Shown one piece after another: positions 36,697-46,190 of a stretch of 64,000 nt of DNA. How positions within the stretch are numbered: position 1 is the stretch's first letter; each line of letters begins with the position of its first letter. Source of the stretch: an uncultured bacterium (GTDB lineage: Bacteria > Patescibacteriota > Minisyncoccia > UBA6257 > GWB1-50-10). The notes beneath the pieces are model-generated. The model did not search any database and was not told where the DNA came from. It saw only the letters and a program-made list of their open reading frames with translations. The stretch is taken from assembly GCA_963713955.1 (NCBI GenBank), contig OY970216.1:209934-273933 (forward strand), in the 5' to 3' direction. Position numbers and translations under genes: made by a program.

Positions 36697-37902
36697 ATGA
36701 AATTCGGCTACAAGGCGAGAACTAAAGAAGGGGAGCTGCAGGTGGGAAACGTTGAGGCCGCGTCTCGGGAAGCGGCTCTTGCGATTTTACTGAGTCACGG
36801 CTTGTTCGTTTTGAGTGTGGAACCCGTTGTCGAAAACACGTGGGCCTCGAGGATTCTGGAATTCTTCAAGAGAGTCAAGATGCAGGATCTCATGATCTTC
36901 ACGAGGCAATTCGCGACGCTCCTTGCCTCGCAAGTTCCGCTCTCGGACAGTTTGGCGAGCCTCTACAAACAGACGACCAAGCCGGTTCTCAAGGAGGCGA
37001 TCTACGAAGTGGCGAGCGACATCGATGCGGGCTTTTCCCTCTCCCAAGCCCTCGGCAGGCATCCGGGGATATTTTCCGAGTTCTACGTGAACATGGTCAA
37101 GTCCGCCGAGGTGACGGGGCGCTTGAGCGAAGTTCTGAACTTCCTCGCCGATTATCTGGAGAAGCAAACGACGCTCATGGGCAAGGTCAAAAACGCGCTC
37201 ACGTATCCGGCTTTCATCATCGTCCTTTTCGTCATCGTTGTCATCGTCATGGTCACGATGGTTTTTCCTCAAATCGTGCCGATACTCAAGGAATCGAATG
37301 TTCAGCTTCCCATCTACACCCAGATACTCCTCGGGGTCAGTAATTTCATGATCAGCTGGTGGTGGACGGTCGTGATCGTCTTCGCCGCCGTCATTTTGAT
37401 CCTCGTCGATTATTTCCAGACCAAGGAAGGAAAAGTCGTTTTGGATACAATTGCCTTGAAAACGCCGATTGTCGGGAAGCTCCTCCAAAAGCTCTACGTT
37501 TCAAGGTTCGCCGAGTCGGCGAGAGTCCTCATCAAGGGCGGGCTCACCATTCCCCAGGCAGTTGAGATTTCCTCGCGCGTCATCGGGAGCAGCATCTATG
37601 AGGAACTTCTCCATGATGCTGCGGAGCAGATTCGGAAAGGGAGACTCCTGTCCCAGGCCTTAGCTCCCATGCCGGAATTCCCGCCTCTGGTTTCGCAGCT
37701 CATAAGCGTGGGCGAATCAACCGGGCGCATTGAGGAACTCCTCGGGAAAATAAACGATTTTTATTCCCGGGAAGTCGAAAACACGGTCGAAAATCTTGTT
37801 TCTCTCATCCAGCCGATTCTCATGGTCGTGATCGGCGTCATCATTGCGTTCCTCTTCGCGTCGATTCTCTTGCCGATCTATAACCTATCCCAGACATTCT
37901 AG
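36697..37902 (+). CDS. pilC: Type IV pilus platform protein PilC/GspF
   Basis: FTRQFATLL, ALTYP, GESTG, PIYNL. Confidence 0.95.
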   Translation: MKFGYKARTKEGELQVGNVEAASREAALAILLSHGLFVLSVEPVVENTWASRILEFFKRVKMQDLMIFTRQFATLLASQVPLSDSLASLYKQTTKPVLKEAIYEVASDIDAGFSLSQALGRHPGIFSEFYVNMVKSAEVTGRLSEVLNFLADYLEKQTTLMGKVKNALTYPAFIIVLFVIVVIVMVTMVFPQIVPILKESNVQLPIYTQILLGVSNFMISWWWTVVIVFAAVILILVDYFQTKEGKVVLDTIALKTPIVGKLLQKLYVSRFAESARVLIKGGLTIPQAVEISSRVIGSSIYEELLHDAAEQIRKGRLLSQALAPMPEFPPLVSQLISVGESTGRIEELLGKINDFYSREVENTVENLVSLIQPILMVVIGVIIAFLFASILLPIYNLSQTF

Positions 37903-37984
37903 AGTAATCGCCAATGATGCGAATGACTGCAAATAACGCGAATATGATATAATAAGAACAAATGGTCGATGAATAAAAAAACAA

Positions 37985-38371
37985 ATGTTTAAAGCAAAAG
38001 AAGGTTTCACCTTGATAGAAATGCTCGTCGTGATCGCGATGATCGGGCTTCTCTCGGCCGTTATCCTGGTCGCCCTCGGCCCCTCGAGAACCAAAGCCAA
38101 GGACACGAGAGTTATCTCGGACATAAACCAGATGAGGAGTTTGATGGAGTCAAGCTTCAATCCAAGTACAAGCCAATACGGTTCACCCGCCACGAGCAGC
38201 TTGGTGAACGACATAATCAGTCAAGGATCCTCTTTACAAGGTAGTGCATCTTCGACGGCTTACTGGTTCTACGCCTCGTTGCCGTCCGGCTCGGGAATGT
38301 ACTGCGTCGATAGTACTGGGTACTCGGGCATCGTAACTTCAACTAATACCGCAAGCTCTACTTGCCAATAA
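37985..38371 (+). CDS. Type IV pilin 1
   Basis: GFTLIEMLVVIAMIGLL; YCVD; terminal Cys. Confidence 0.93.
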   Translation: MFKAKEGFTLIEMLVVIAMIGLLSAVILVALGPSRTKAKDTRVISDINQMRSLMESSFNPSTSQYGSPATSSLVNDIISQGSSLQGSASSTAYWFYASLPSGSGMYCVDSTGYSGIVTSTNTASSTCQ

Positions 38372-38378
38372 GCATAAG

Positions 38379-38849
38379 ATGAGAAAAAAAGGTTTCACTC
38401 TCATCGAAATGCTCATCGTGATCGCGATGATCGGAATTCTCTCGACGGTTATTTTGATTGCCCTCGGCCCCTCAAGGACCAAGGCGAAGGATACGAGGAT
38501 AATTTCGGACGTTAATCAGATAAGATCTCTTGGAGAAACATACTACGATCCCATAACGGGCCAGTACGATCTTGCGGGCGTGGCCGCGGCGGCTTCCTCC
38601 ACATTAGCTGACATGAGTGCTATGAATGGCGGAACATGGCAGCCGGACTGTCCATTTGGAAATCCCGACAACGGCATTAAGCCGTGGAGTGGCGATTCTG
38701 ATATTCAGGGAGTAGAGTGCCCCACCTCATTTGATAAATTTTCTGTTTACGGTAAGCTAGTTAGCCCCTCGGTTACTACCTACTACTGTGTGGACAGTTC
38801 AGGAAATACTGCCAACCTGAATCATGTGCCGGGCGTTACCTGTCAATAA
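38379..38849 (+). CDS. Type IV pilin 2
   Basis: GFTLIEMLIVIAMIG; YCVD; terminal Cys. Confidence 0.93.
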   Translation: MRKKGFTLIEMLIVIAMIGILSTVILIALGPSRTKAKDTRIISDVNQIRSLGETYYDPITGQYDLAGVAAAASSTLADMSAMNGGTWQPDCPFGNPDNGIKPWSGDSDIQGVECPTSFDKFSVYGKLVSPSVTTYYCVDSSGNTANLNHVPGVTCQ

Positions 38850-39331
38850 TGCGTCCCTTACACTATATAATGTGTAGAAATTCTAAGTCTGGTTTCACTC
38901 TCATTGAAATGCTCGTCGTGATCGCGATGATTGGTCTCCTCTCGGCTGTCATCCTGGTCGCCCTCGGCCCCTCGAGAACCAAAGCCAAGGACACGAGGGT
39001 GATTTCGGATGTGAACCAGGTCCGGGTGTTGGCAGAGAACTTGTTTGACATTTCCACTAGTAAGTACCCGACGTGTATTTGTAACAACTACCCGTGGGAC
39101 GATTGCAAACCCGATCCTGGCTTCTCGGCACTTAAGTCGGACGTGGCGAACGATGGTGGTTCATTCAGTGCAGGCTGCAATAACAAAAATACAGTTGCAG
39201 TTTTTTATTCCAGTCTACCGAGCGGCGGTGGCTATTGTGCTGATACCGCAGGGGGTGCCATTTCCGGTACGGTAGCCTCCAGTTCTCCACCCGGAACCCC
39301 AAATATAGGTGATGTTTGCCCAGAGCAGTAA
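38849..39331 (+). CDS. Type IV pilin 3 (start may be 38870)
   Basis: GFTLIEMLVVIAMIG; YCAD. Confidence 0.92.
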   Translation: MRPLHYIMCRNSKSGFTLIEMLVVIAMIGLLSAVILVALGPSRTKAKDTRVISDVNQVRVLAENLFDISTSKYPTCICNNYPWDDCKPDPGFSALKSDVANDGGSFSAGCNNKNTVAVFYSSLPSGGGYCADTAGGAISGTVASSSPPGTPNIGDVCPEQ

Positions 39332-39356
39332 GATGTAATATTATTAAACAATCCAG

Positions 39357-39986
39357 ATGGTGAGAAAATATTTTTCTAAATCAGGCTTTACCCCGCACCG
39401 AGCCAAGCGCTGCAACGCTCTCGCGTTTTCAACAATGACAAGGGATAAGCTGGAACCAACAATGGACATCAAGAGCCGAAATCACCCGTCAGCTGCGAGC
39501 GTTGAAAACGAAGCGCTTGATCTGGTGTCGGGGTTTACCTTAATCGAAATGCTCGTCGTCGTGGCTGTCATCGGGCTTCTTTCGTCCATTCTGTTGAACG
39601 CGTTGGGGCCTGCGAAGGACAAAGCGAAAGACGCAAGGATCATGCAGGAAGTGAATCAGGTGAGAGACATCGCCGAGACCTTGTACAACGGTACGTATAC
39701 CAATTTGCCCTCCATATCCGCCGGCACGACCCAGGTGAATAATGCCAATCTCCAATCGCTCACTTCTGACATTGATCTCCAGGGAGGGGAGCTGCACGTC
39801 GTTTTGTCATCTGACGTGAGAACCTACGTGGCTTACTCCAAACTGAACACAATGGTGCCGGATCCGGTAACAGGTACCCCGACGACCCAGTACTACTGCG
39901 TCGACAGCTCGGGAAAAGCGGTTTTTCTCACGACCCAGCCCAATGACAATAGAATAAGCAATTCTTCGCCGGCCACGTGCGATTAG
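39357..39986 (+). CDS. Type IV pilin 4 with in-frame element in the leader
   Basis: SGFTPH...49 aa...SGFTLIEMLVVVAV; YCVD. Confidence 0.9.
   Translation: MVRKYFSKSGFTPHRAKRCNALAFSTMTRDKLEPTMDIKSRNHPSAASVENEALDLVSGFTLIEMLVVVAVIGLLSSILLNALGPAKDKAKDARIMQEVNQVRDIAETLYNGTYTNLPSISAGTTQVNNANLQSLTSDIDLQGGELHVVLSSDVRTYVAYSKLNTMVPDPVTGTPTTQYYCVDSSGKAVFLTTQPNDNRISNSSPATCD
39391..39533. mobile_element. 143-bp palindromic MITE-like element, TTTA duplication
   Basis: ttta-ccccgcaccgagccaagcgct...agcgcttgatctggtgtcgggg-ttta. Confidence 0.8.
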
Positions 39987-40122
39987 ACATGCCCCGTAGG
40001 ACAACTTCGAACGGGGTATTTCGGAGCGTTTACTTAAGGATTGGGGAGTGAGCTAAGGTCCCGTAGAGAGTTAAAAGGTCTATCATGCAAACAAGAAATA
40101 ATTCGAAGTTGTGCTACAGGGT

Positions 40123-41022
40123 ATGATCGGGTTCCTGCTTCTTTTCTTCCTTGGCTTGTCGTTCGGCAGTTTCTTCAACGTTTTGATTCTGCGGTACGAT
40201 CCGGAGGGTAAATTCTTCGATATCAAGAAATTGAGCGGCCGGTCGCATTGCCCGAAATGCATGAGGACGCTCGGCCCCGGGGAACTCATCCCCGTTTTCA
40301 GTTTCATATTTCTCGGAGGGAAATGCTTGCACTGCAGGGAAAGAATATCCTTCTTCTATCCTTTTACCGAACTTTTGACCGGCATTGTTTTTGCCGGCAT
40401 CCCGTATTTCTTGAACGGTTTCTACGGCATAAGCAACGCGGTTTTTTGGATTTTTGCGTTGCCGACGTGGTATTACACCCTTGTTCTTTTCTGGCTCATC
40501 GCGATTGTGACGCTTGTTCTGATTGCCCTTGTCGATTTCAAGTACTATCTCATCCCGGACGAACTAGAGGTAATTCTCTTCCTCGCGGGTGCGGCCGTGT
40601 CGCTTTTGCTCTTTTACTGCGGATCGACGCTCATTGAACCCTTCCGCGATTCATTCCTCAAAAATTATGCCATCATCTTTTCACCGACGCAAAATGTCCT
40701 CATAAGTCATGCCTTTGGAGCCCTTATCGGGGGATTATTCTTTTTGCTGCTTGTTGTCCTGAGTCGCGGGCGGGGGATCGGCTTCGGGGATGTGAAGCTC
40801 GCTTTCGCTTCCGGCGCGGTTCTGGGTTGGCCGGACATAGGTCTTGCAGTTGTTCTCTCGTTCATCCTGGGAGGCATCGTAGGCGTGATTCTTCTTGCCT
40901 TGAGGAGCAGGGGCATGAAGGACAAGGTCCCGTACGCGCCGTTTTTTGTCATCGGCGTCCTCCTCACGGTCGTTTTGGGTCACGCCATCATTTTCAATTA
41001 CTTCCGCCTGTTTGGCATGTAG
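40123..41022 (+). CDS. pilD: Prepilin peptidase (A24)
   Basis: GSFFNV, RSHCPKC, GKCLHC, GFGDVKL, PYAPF. Confidence 0.95.
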   Translation: MIGFLLLFFLGLSFGSFFNVLILRYDPEGKFFDIKKLSGRSHCPKCMRTLGPGELIPVFSFIFLGGKCLHCRERISFFYPFTELLTGIVFAGIPYFLNGFYGISNAVFWIFALPTWYYTLVLFWLIAIVTLVLIALVDFKYYLIPDELEVILFLAGAAVSLLLFYCGSTLIEPFRDSFLKNYAIIFSPTQNVLISHAFGALIGGLFFLLLVVLSRGRGIGFGDVKLAFASGAVLGWPDIGLAVVLSFILGGIVGVILLALRSRGMKDKVPYAPFFVIGVLLTVVLGHAIIFNYFRLFGM

Positions 41023-41038
41023 GGTATAATAAACCCTA

Positions 41039-41548
41039 ATGAAGGAAGGATTCACTCTCATAGAGACATTGATCGTTCTCGCGATAACGGCGATCCTCTC
41101 GACCATATTCTTGGCCTACAACAGTTCTTCGAACGGCCAAGTCGCGCTCTATACGGAGCGGGCGCAAGTGGTGGGAGCGCTCCAAAGAGCTAAGACGCTC
41201 GCTCTCGACAAATACATGGTGAGCCCCGGGAGCACCTCTTCCTGCGCTTTCGGCGTTCATTTCCAAACCTCGACGGGAGTTTACTCCATTTATGGAAAAT
41301 ACCCGCCGCCCGGCAGCACCGATTGCACCGCCGGTTACGGCTTCATGGGCAACTCAAGTGACACGGTGGTGCAAAGCTTGCAACTCCAGGGAAAGGTTGG
41401 ATTTGTCGATCCCACCCCGTCAGACATTTATTTCGTCCCGCCGTATTTCATCGCAAACGCGACCGGCACTATCACCCTCAAGAGCAACGATAGCGGTGCC
41501 ACGGCGTCCATCGAGGTCACTCAAGGAGGGAGCATTTCATCTCTTTGA
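41039..41548 (+). CDS. Minor pilin (FimT/GspH-like)
   Basis: GFTLIETLIVLAI. Confidence 0.85.
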   Translation: MKEGFTLIETLIVLAITAILSTIFLAYNSSSNGQVALYTERAQVVGALQRAKTLALDKYMVSPGSTSSCAFGVHFQTSTGVYSIYGKYPPPGSTDCTAGYGFMGNSSDTVVQSLQLQGKVGFVDPTPSDIYFVPPYFIANATGTITLKSNDSGATASIEVTQGGSISSL

Positions 41549-41553
41549 CGAAT

Positions 41554-42081
41554 ATGAGAATAACGCGTCTTAAAAACCGGGAAGGCAGCCTTATGATAGA
41601 AGCCATCGTGGCGGCGAGCCTCGTCGTCGTGGGTCTCTTGGGACTTTTCAATTTGATTTACAACTCGACGGTCAGGGACAAAGACGTAATCCACAAACTC
41701 CAGGCGACGTACTTAGCAGCGGAGGGAATAGAAGTGGTAAAAAACTTCATAGATCAAAACGTCGCTAGCGGAACTCAATGGAACGCCAATCTGTACACAG
41801 GGGATTATCAAGATGTTTCGTTCGATAATCTGGGTCAGGTCGGGACTGGGGATAGCGCCGTTTATTTTGCGACAACCACGGGACTTTTTACCGGATATAG
41901 TTCGGTGTTCACCGCTTTTTCCGGCGGGTCGAGAGAGTTGGCGCTCTTTTCCCGGGTCGTATCGTTGAATGTCGGAACGAATCAAATCAGCGTCACGTCG
42001 ACCGTTTCCTGGTCGGAAGAAGGGAAAAGTGAGTCGGTGAGCTTAGACGACATCTTCTATAATTGGAGGAAACCAAGTTAA
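41554..42081 (+). CDS. Minor pilin (PilV-like)
   Basis: GSLMIEAIVA; ATYLAAEGIEVVK; VTSTVSW. Confidence 0.8.
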   Translation: MRITRLKNREGSLMIEAIVAASLVVVGLLGLFNLIYNSTVRDKDVIHKLQATYLAAEGIEVVKNFIDQNVASGTQWNANLYTGDYQDVSFDNLGQVGTGDSAVYFATTTGLFTGYSSVFTAFSGGSRELALFSRVVSLNVGTNQISVTSTVSWSEEGKSESVSLDDIFYNWRKPS

Positions 42082-42091
42082 ACTTTGTAAT

Positions 42092-42826
42092 ATGTTTTTT
42101 GGAATTCATTTCAAAACACCTCTCTGGGTGAAAAAATGCGTGAGGATGCAGACTCAGGAGGGCAAAAAAGTGGGTAAGACTTGGCCTAGCGGCCCGGAGC
42201 GCACACCTTTTTGGCTTCCTGAGTCTGCAATTATTACCTTTAAAGAGAAGAAGTTACAGAAATACATGGGTTTCACCATCGTTGAGCTTCTGGTCGCGAT
42301 GGCCGTTTTCGTCATCGTGGTCACGGTCGCGACAGCCATCTTCATACGGTCGCTCCAGAACCAGCGGCGCCTGGTGACGGTCATGGGCATGCAAACAAAT
42401 CTCGACACGGCCCTCGAGCAGATGGCGAGGGAGGTGAGGGGAGGATATTTGTTCTCAGCAAGTACCCTTACATGCGCGAATTCAGTGTCGTTCGACACCG
42501 CGAGCGGTACCGCGGTGTCTTACGGACTATCCAGTAGTTCTATCGTGAGGAACGGGCAGCCGATAACGTCGAGCGACGTCAAGGTTTCGAATCTTTGCTT
42601 TATAGTTTCGCAGGCTCCATTGGGAGATGCGGGCATGTATACCAATCCAGGGAGTCCTTGTAATCCCTGGAGAGTGACGGTAGCCGCCGAGGTTGAGCCG
42701 AGAGTAGCGGGACAATCGAATAATATAGAGCCGTTTTACCTCCAAACCACCGTGAGCTCGCGGGTTTTGCCAAAGGACATGCCGGCGGATATAAAGGGGC
42801 AATATGGATACACATCTTGTCAGTAA
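42092..42826 (+). CDS. Minor pilin (PilW-like); start uncertain (42092 to 42266)
   Basis: GFTIVELLVAMAVF; LEQMAREVR; LQTTVSSR. Confidence 0.8.
   Translation: MFFGIHFKTPLWVKKCVRMQTQEGKKVGKTWPSGPERTPFWLPESAIITFKEKKLQKYMGFTIVELLVAMAVFVIVVTVATAIFIRSLQNQRRLVTVMGMQTNLDTALEQMAREVRGGYLFSASTLTCANSVSFDTASGTAVSYGLSSSSIVRNGQPITSSDVKVSNLCFIVSQAPLGDAGMYTNPGSPCNPWRVTVAAEVEPRVAGQSNNIEPFYLQTTVSSRVLPKDMPADIKGQYGYTSCQ
42147..42229 (+). repeat. Structured repeat with invariant 37-nt core, copy 1
   Basis: Core gtgggtaagacttggcctagcggcccggagcgcacac (42170-42206) inside stem tgcagactcagga/tcctgagtctgca. Confidence 0.85.
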
Positions 42827-43211
42827 AAATTTAAGGAAAGCTCAGGCTATGATGGTGGTAACCATTCTCATGGGAGGCTTATTTTTGGTTGGCACCGCCG
42901 TTGCGGGCCTTCTCATGCTTTACCAGCTGAAACAATCTTCCGACGCCGTGAGTTCCGGCGCGGCTGTCTTCGCGGCCGATGCCGGGACCGAGGCCAGTCT
43001 TTTCTGCTACTATACGACCTCGACGCCGTCGACTATCTGCGGTATAGGGTACCTCTGCCCGACTTCCGTAAAGCTGCCGAATGGCGCTTCCGCTTCCTCA
43101 ACGCTTCTCTTTCACTGTGACGGGGGATCGCCATCGTATTTCACGGCCGTGAGTTACGGGTATGCCGGCACGTCCGAACGGGTCGTGCAGTCTAACTTCT
43201 CGTTGGAATAG
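42804..43211 (+). CDS. PilX-like minor pilin
   Basis: Hydrophobic helix; AVFAADAGTE motif; SYG. Confidence 0.7.
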   Translation: MDTHLVSKNLRKAQAMMVVTILMGGLFLVGTAVAGLLMLYQLKQSSDAVSSGAAVFAADAGTEASLFCYYTTSTPSTICGIGYLCPTSVKLPNGASASSTLLFHCDGGSPSYFTAVSYGYAGTSERVVQSNFSLE

Positions 43212-43219
43212 AAGAGGGT

Positions 43220-45352
43220 ATGACGAAAAACGAAGCCCGGGAACGGATCGAAAAACTGAAGAAAGAAATAAACAAATACCGCTATGCGTATCACGTACTC
43301 GATCGGGAACTTATTTCTCCCGAGGCGCTGGACTCGCTGAAGAAAGAACTTTTCGATCTGGAGCACGAATTTCCGGAATTCGTGACGCCGGATTCCCCAA
43401 CGCAGCGCGTTGAGGGGAAGCCCTTGAAGGCGTTCAAGAAAGTGCCTCACGAGCGGCCCATGATTTCGTTCGACGATTCGTTCTCCGAGGGGGACATGCA
43501 AGCGTGGCTTTCCCGCTTGGAAAATTTTTTGGGGAGGGGAATAGCCGATGCTCACGAGGCGCTGGGAGAAAAACCGTACCGGAGGGGAGACAAAAAACCT
43601 CCTGTCTTTTATTGCGAACTCAAAATCGACGGACTGGCGATCGAGCTCGTGTACGAGCATGGCGTTCTGGTCCAGGGTTCGACGCGAGGAAACGGGCTCA
43701 TCGGCGAAGACGTGACACAGAATTTGAGAACCATCGAAGCCATTCCCTTGAATCTTTTGCCTTCCGAAGAAGCAGCCGAGAACTTGCGGAAGCTCGGCGT
43801 AAACCCTAAACCCTATACCCTAAACCCTCGGCGTCTCGTTGTTCGCGGCGAAGCGTTCATCGCGAGGAAAGAATTTGAGAGGATAAACAGAGAACGATTG
43901 AAGCGGCACGAAAAAGCATACGCGAATCCACGGAACATCGCCGCTGGATCGATACGGCAGCTTGATCCCAAAATCACGGCGTCGCGGAAACTGGATTCTT
44001 TCCAGTATGCGCTCTTCACCGACATCGGACAGAAATTCCATGAAGAGGAACATCTGCTCCTCAAAGCTTTCGGCTTCAAGACCAATCCCCACAACAAAGG
44101 TGTGAGTTCCCTGAAAGAAGCATTCGCATTCAGGGATTACTGGGTGGATCATCGGAACGAAATATCGTATGAAATCGACGGGACAGTGGTTCTCGTGAAC
44201 AGCAACAAGATTTTCAACGAGGCGGGGGTCGCAGGAAAAGCGCCGCGCGGCGCGATGGCCTATAAATTTTCCCCCCGGGAGGCGACCACCAGAGTTTTGG
44301 ATATCGTGGTTCAGGTCGGCCGTACCGGCGTTTTGACGCCCGTCGCCGTCATGGAGCCAGTCGGAGTCGGTGGCGTTACGATCACGCACGCGACGCTTCA
44401 CAATGAAGACGAGGTGGAGCGCCTTGACCTCCGGGTAGGCGACACGATTGTCGTTTCCCGCGCCGGAGACGTCATTCCGCAGGTGACGCAAGTTCTGAAA
44501 AATTTGCGGACCGGCCACGAGAGGAAGTTCAAAATGCCATCCGTTTGCCCGGTTGACGGCGGCCGCGTTGCAAAAATCGGCGCCCTCACAAAGTGTACGA
44601 ACCCCGACTGCGGCGCGAAACACAAGGAGTCGCTCTACCATTTCGTTTCCCGGACTGCCTTCGACATCCGCGGACTCGGACCGAAGATTCTGGACAAGTT
44701 CTTGGACGAAGGACTCATTTCCGATGCGGCCGACATCTTTGAGGTGAAAGAAGGGGACATCGAAGCCTTGCCGCGGTTCGGCGAAAAATCGGCCGAAAAC
44801 ATCGTCCGGGAGGTAAGTCAGAAGAGAAAAACGAGCTTGCCGAGGTTTTTGTACGCTCTCGGGATTCTTCATGTCGGCGAGGAAACGGCGGTCCTCTTGG
44901 CGCAAGCAATTTCAAGACCGAAATTCCGAATTTCGAAGCCAACCGATGTGGGCGAAGTTACGAAGTCCTTCTCGCTGGAGGAGCTTCAAGAATTGCCCGA
45001 TATCGGGCCGATCGTCGCGAAGAGTATTTACGACTGGTTCCGTACCGCGAAAAATGCGAGGTTCTTGGAGAGATTGGAAAAAGCGGGGGTGGAAATAGAG
45101 CGGATTAAATCGACAGACAAAAGCCAAAAGTTGAAAGGACGGACGTTCGTCTTGACCGGCACCCTGTCTTCAATGTCCCGCGACGAAGCGAAGGATAAGA
45201 TAAGGGAACTAGGCGGTGACGTTTCTGAAACCGTTTCGACAAAAACCACTTTTGTCGTCGTGGGAGAAAATCCGGGATCGAAGTACGACCGGGCAGAAAA
45301 ACTAGGTGTCCAAATCTTAGACGAAGAAGAGTTTAGAGAGCTTATTAGTTGA
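43220..45352 (+). CDS. ligA: NAD-dependent DNA ligase
   Basis: ELKIDGLA, TRGNG, NPRN.AAGS.RQLD, Zn finger, HhH, BRCT. Confidence 0.98.
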   Translation: MTKNEARERIEKLKKEINKYRYAYHVLDRELISPEALDSLKKELFDLEHEFPEFVTPDSPTQRVEGKPLKAFKKVPHERPMISFDDSFSEGDMQAWLSRLENFLGRGIADAHEALGEKPYRRGDKKPPVFYCELKIDGLAIELVYEHGVLVQGSTRGNGLIGEDVTQNLRTIEAIPLNLLPSEEAAENLRKLGVNPKPYTLNPRRLVVRGEAFIARKEFERINRERLKRHEKAYANPRNIAAGSIRQLDPKITASRKLDSFQYALFTDIGQKFHEEEHLLLKAFGFKTNPHNKGVSSLKEAFAFRDYWVDHRNEISYEIDGTVVLVNSNKIFNEAGVAGKAPRGAMAYKFSPREATTRVLDIVVQVGRTGVLTPVAVMEPVGVGGVTITHATLHNEDEVERLDLRVGDTIVVSRAGDVIPQVTQVLKNLRTGHERKFKMPSVCPVDGGRVAKIGALTKCTNPDCGAKHKESLYHFVSRTAFDIRGLGPKILDKFLDEGLISDAADIFEVKEGDIEALPRFGEKSAENIVREVSQKRKTSLPRFLYALGILHVGEETAVLLAQAISRPKFRISKPTDVGEVTKSFSLEELQELPDIGPIVAKSIYDWFRTAKNARFLERLEKAGVEIERIKSTDKSQKLKGRTFVLTGTLSSMSRDEAKDKIRELGGDVSETVSTKTTFVVVGENPGSKYDRAEKLGVQILDEEEFRELIS

Positions 45353-45354
45353 TA

Positions 45355-45433
45355 AAGAATCGGTGAATTAAAAAAGTGTGCGCTCCGGGCCGCTAGGCCA
45401 AGTCTTACCCACTTTTTTACCTCACCGATTCTT
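45355..45433 (-). repeat. Structured repeat with invariant 37-nt core, copy 2
   Basis: Reverse-complement core 45376-45412 inside stem aagaatcggtga/tcaccgattctt. Confidence 0.85.
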
Positions 45434-45435
45434 CC

Positions 45436-46131
45436 TCAGCGAAACAAGTTCAGGGTGGTTTTGAGGAGTATCCTCATGACGTATTCGTCCGTGAGTCTCG
45501 CGGGCGGCGAGATGATTTTTATTTTTCCTTCCTTCACGGCTTTTGCGATGGACGGGAACGAACTGTCGTCGGCTTCCAGAATTGAGTAGCTTCCGTCGAG
45601 CCAATCGAGGTCGTGGGTATCGGACGTGGCGACGATCGGCAGGTTGTGTGTGAGAGCGAAATGACCCGCCTCTTTGTTGAGATTCAAGAACTTGAAGTGG
45701 AACCACGAGTACTCCACAGCGTCGAAAAGCTCCACGTGTTCCTTGAGCTTCCTGCCTAATGAAACTCCCCCGCCGAAGAACGGGTGGGGGGCGATAATGA
45801 GCACTTCCGGATGGGCTTCTTTGTATTTCTTCAAGTCGGAAAACGTTTCTACGTTTTCCGCCGATTTATCGACATTCAACATGATGACATCCTTTCCTTC
45901 CACGCTCTTTTCTATGCCTTGAATGAGGTTTATGCCGAGACTCTTCGCGTATTCGTGGTATTTTTCGTCGTCCGTCACGAAATTGTGGCACGTGACCGCG
46001 AGAGCATCGAAGCCGAGCTCCTTGGCCTTGCGAAGCCCCTCAAAGAGGCTGTGCTTCGCGACGAGTGCCGCTCGTTCCTTGTCTTCCACGTCGTCTTTCG
46101 TGTGAAAATGAAGATTTGTTTTAATTTTCAT
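45436..46131 (-). CDS. PHP-domain metallophosphoesterase
   Basis: NLHFHT, AVTCHN, GIE, APHPF, TSDTH. Confidence 0.88.
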   Translation of the reverse strand: MKIKTNLHFHTKDDVEDKERAALVAKHSLFEGLRKAKELGFDALAVTCHNFVTDDEKYHEYAKSLGINLIQGIEKSVEGKDVIMLNVDKSAENVETFSDLKKYKEAHPEVLIIAPHPFFGGGVSLGRKLKEHVELFDAVEYSWFHFKFLNLNKEAGHFALTHNLPIVATSDTHDLDWLDGSYSILEADDSSFPSIAKAVKEGKIKIISPPARLTDEYVMRILLKTTLNLFR

Positions 46132-46190
46132 GAGGAATTTGCTATAATGAGATTAATAATAAAAGGTCGTTTAATAATAAGCTATAAGAG

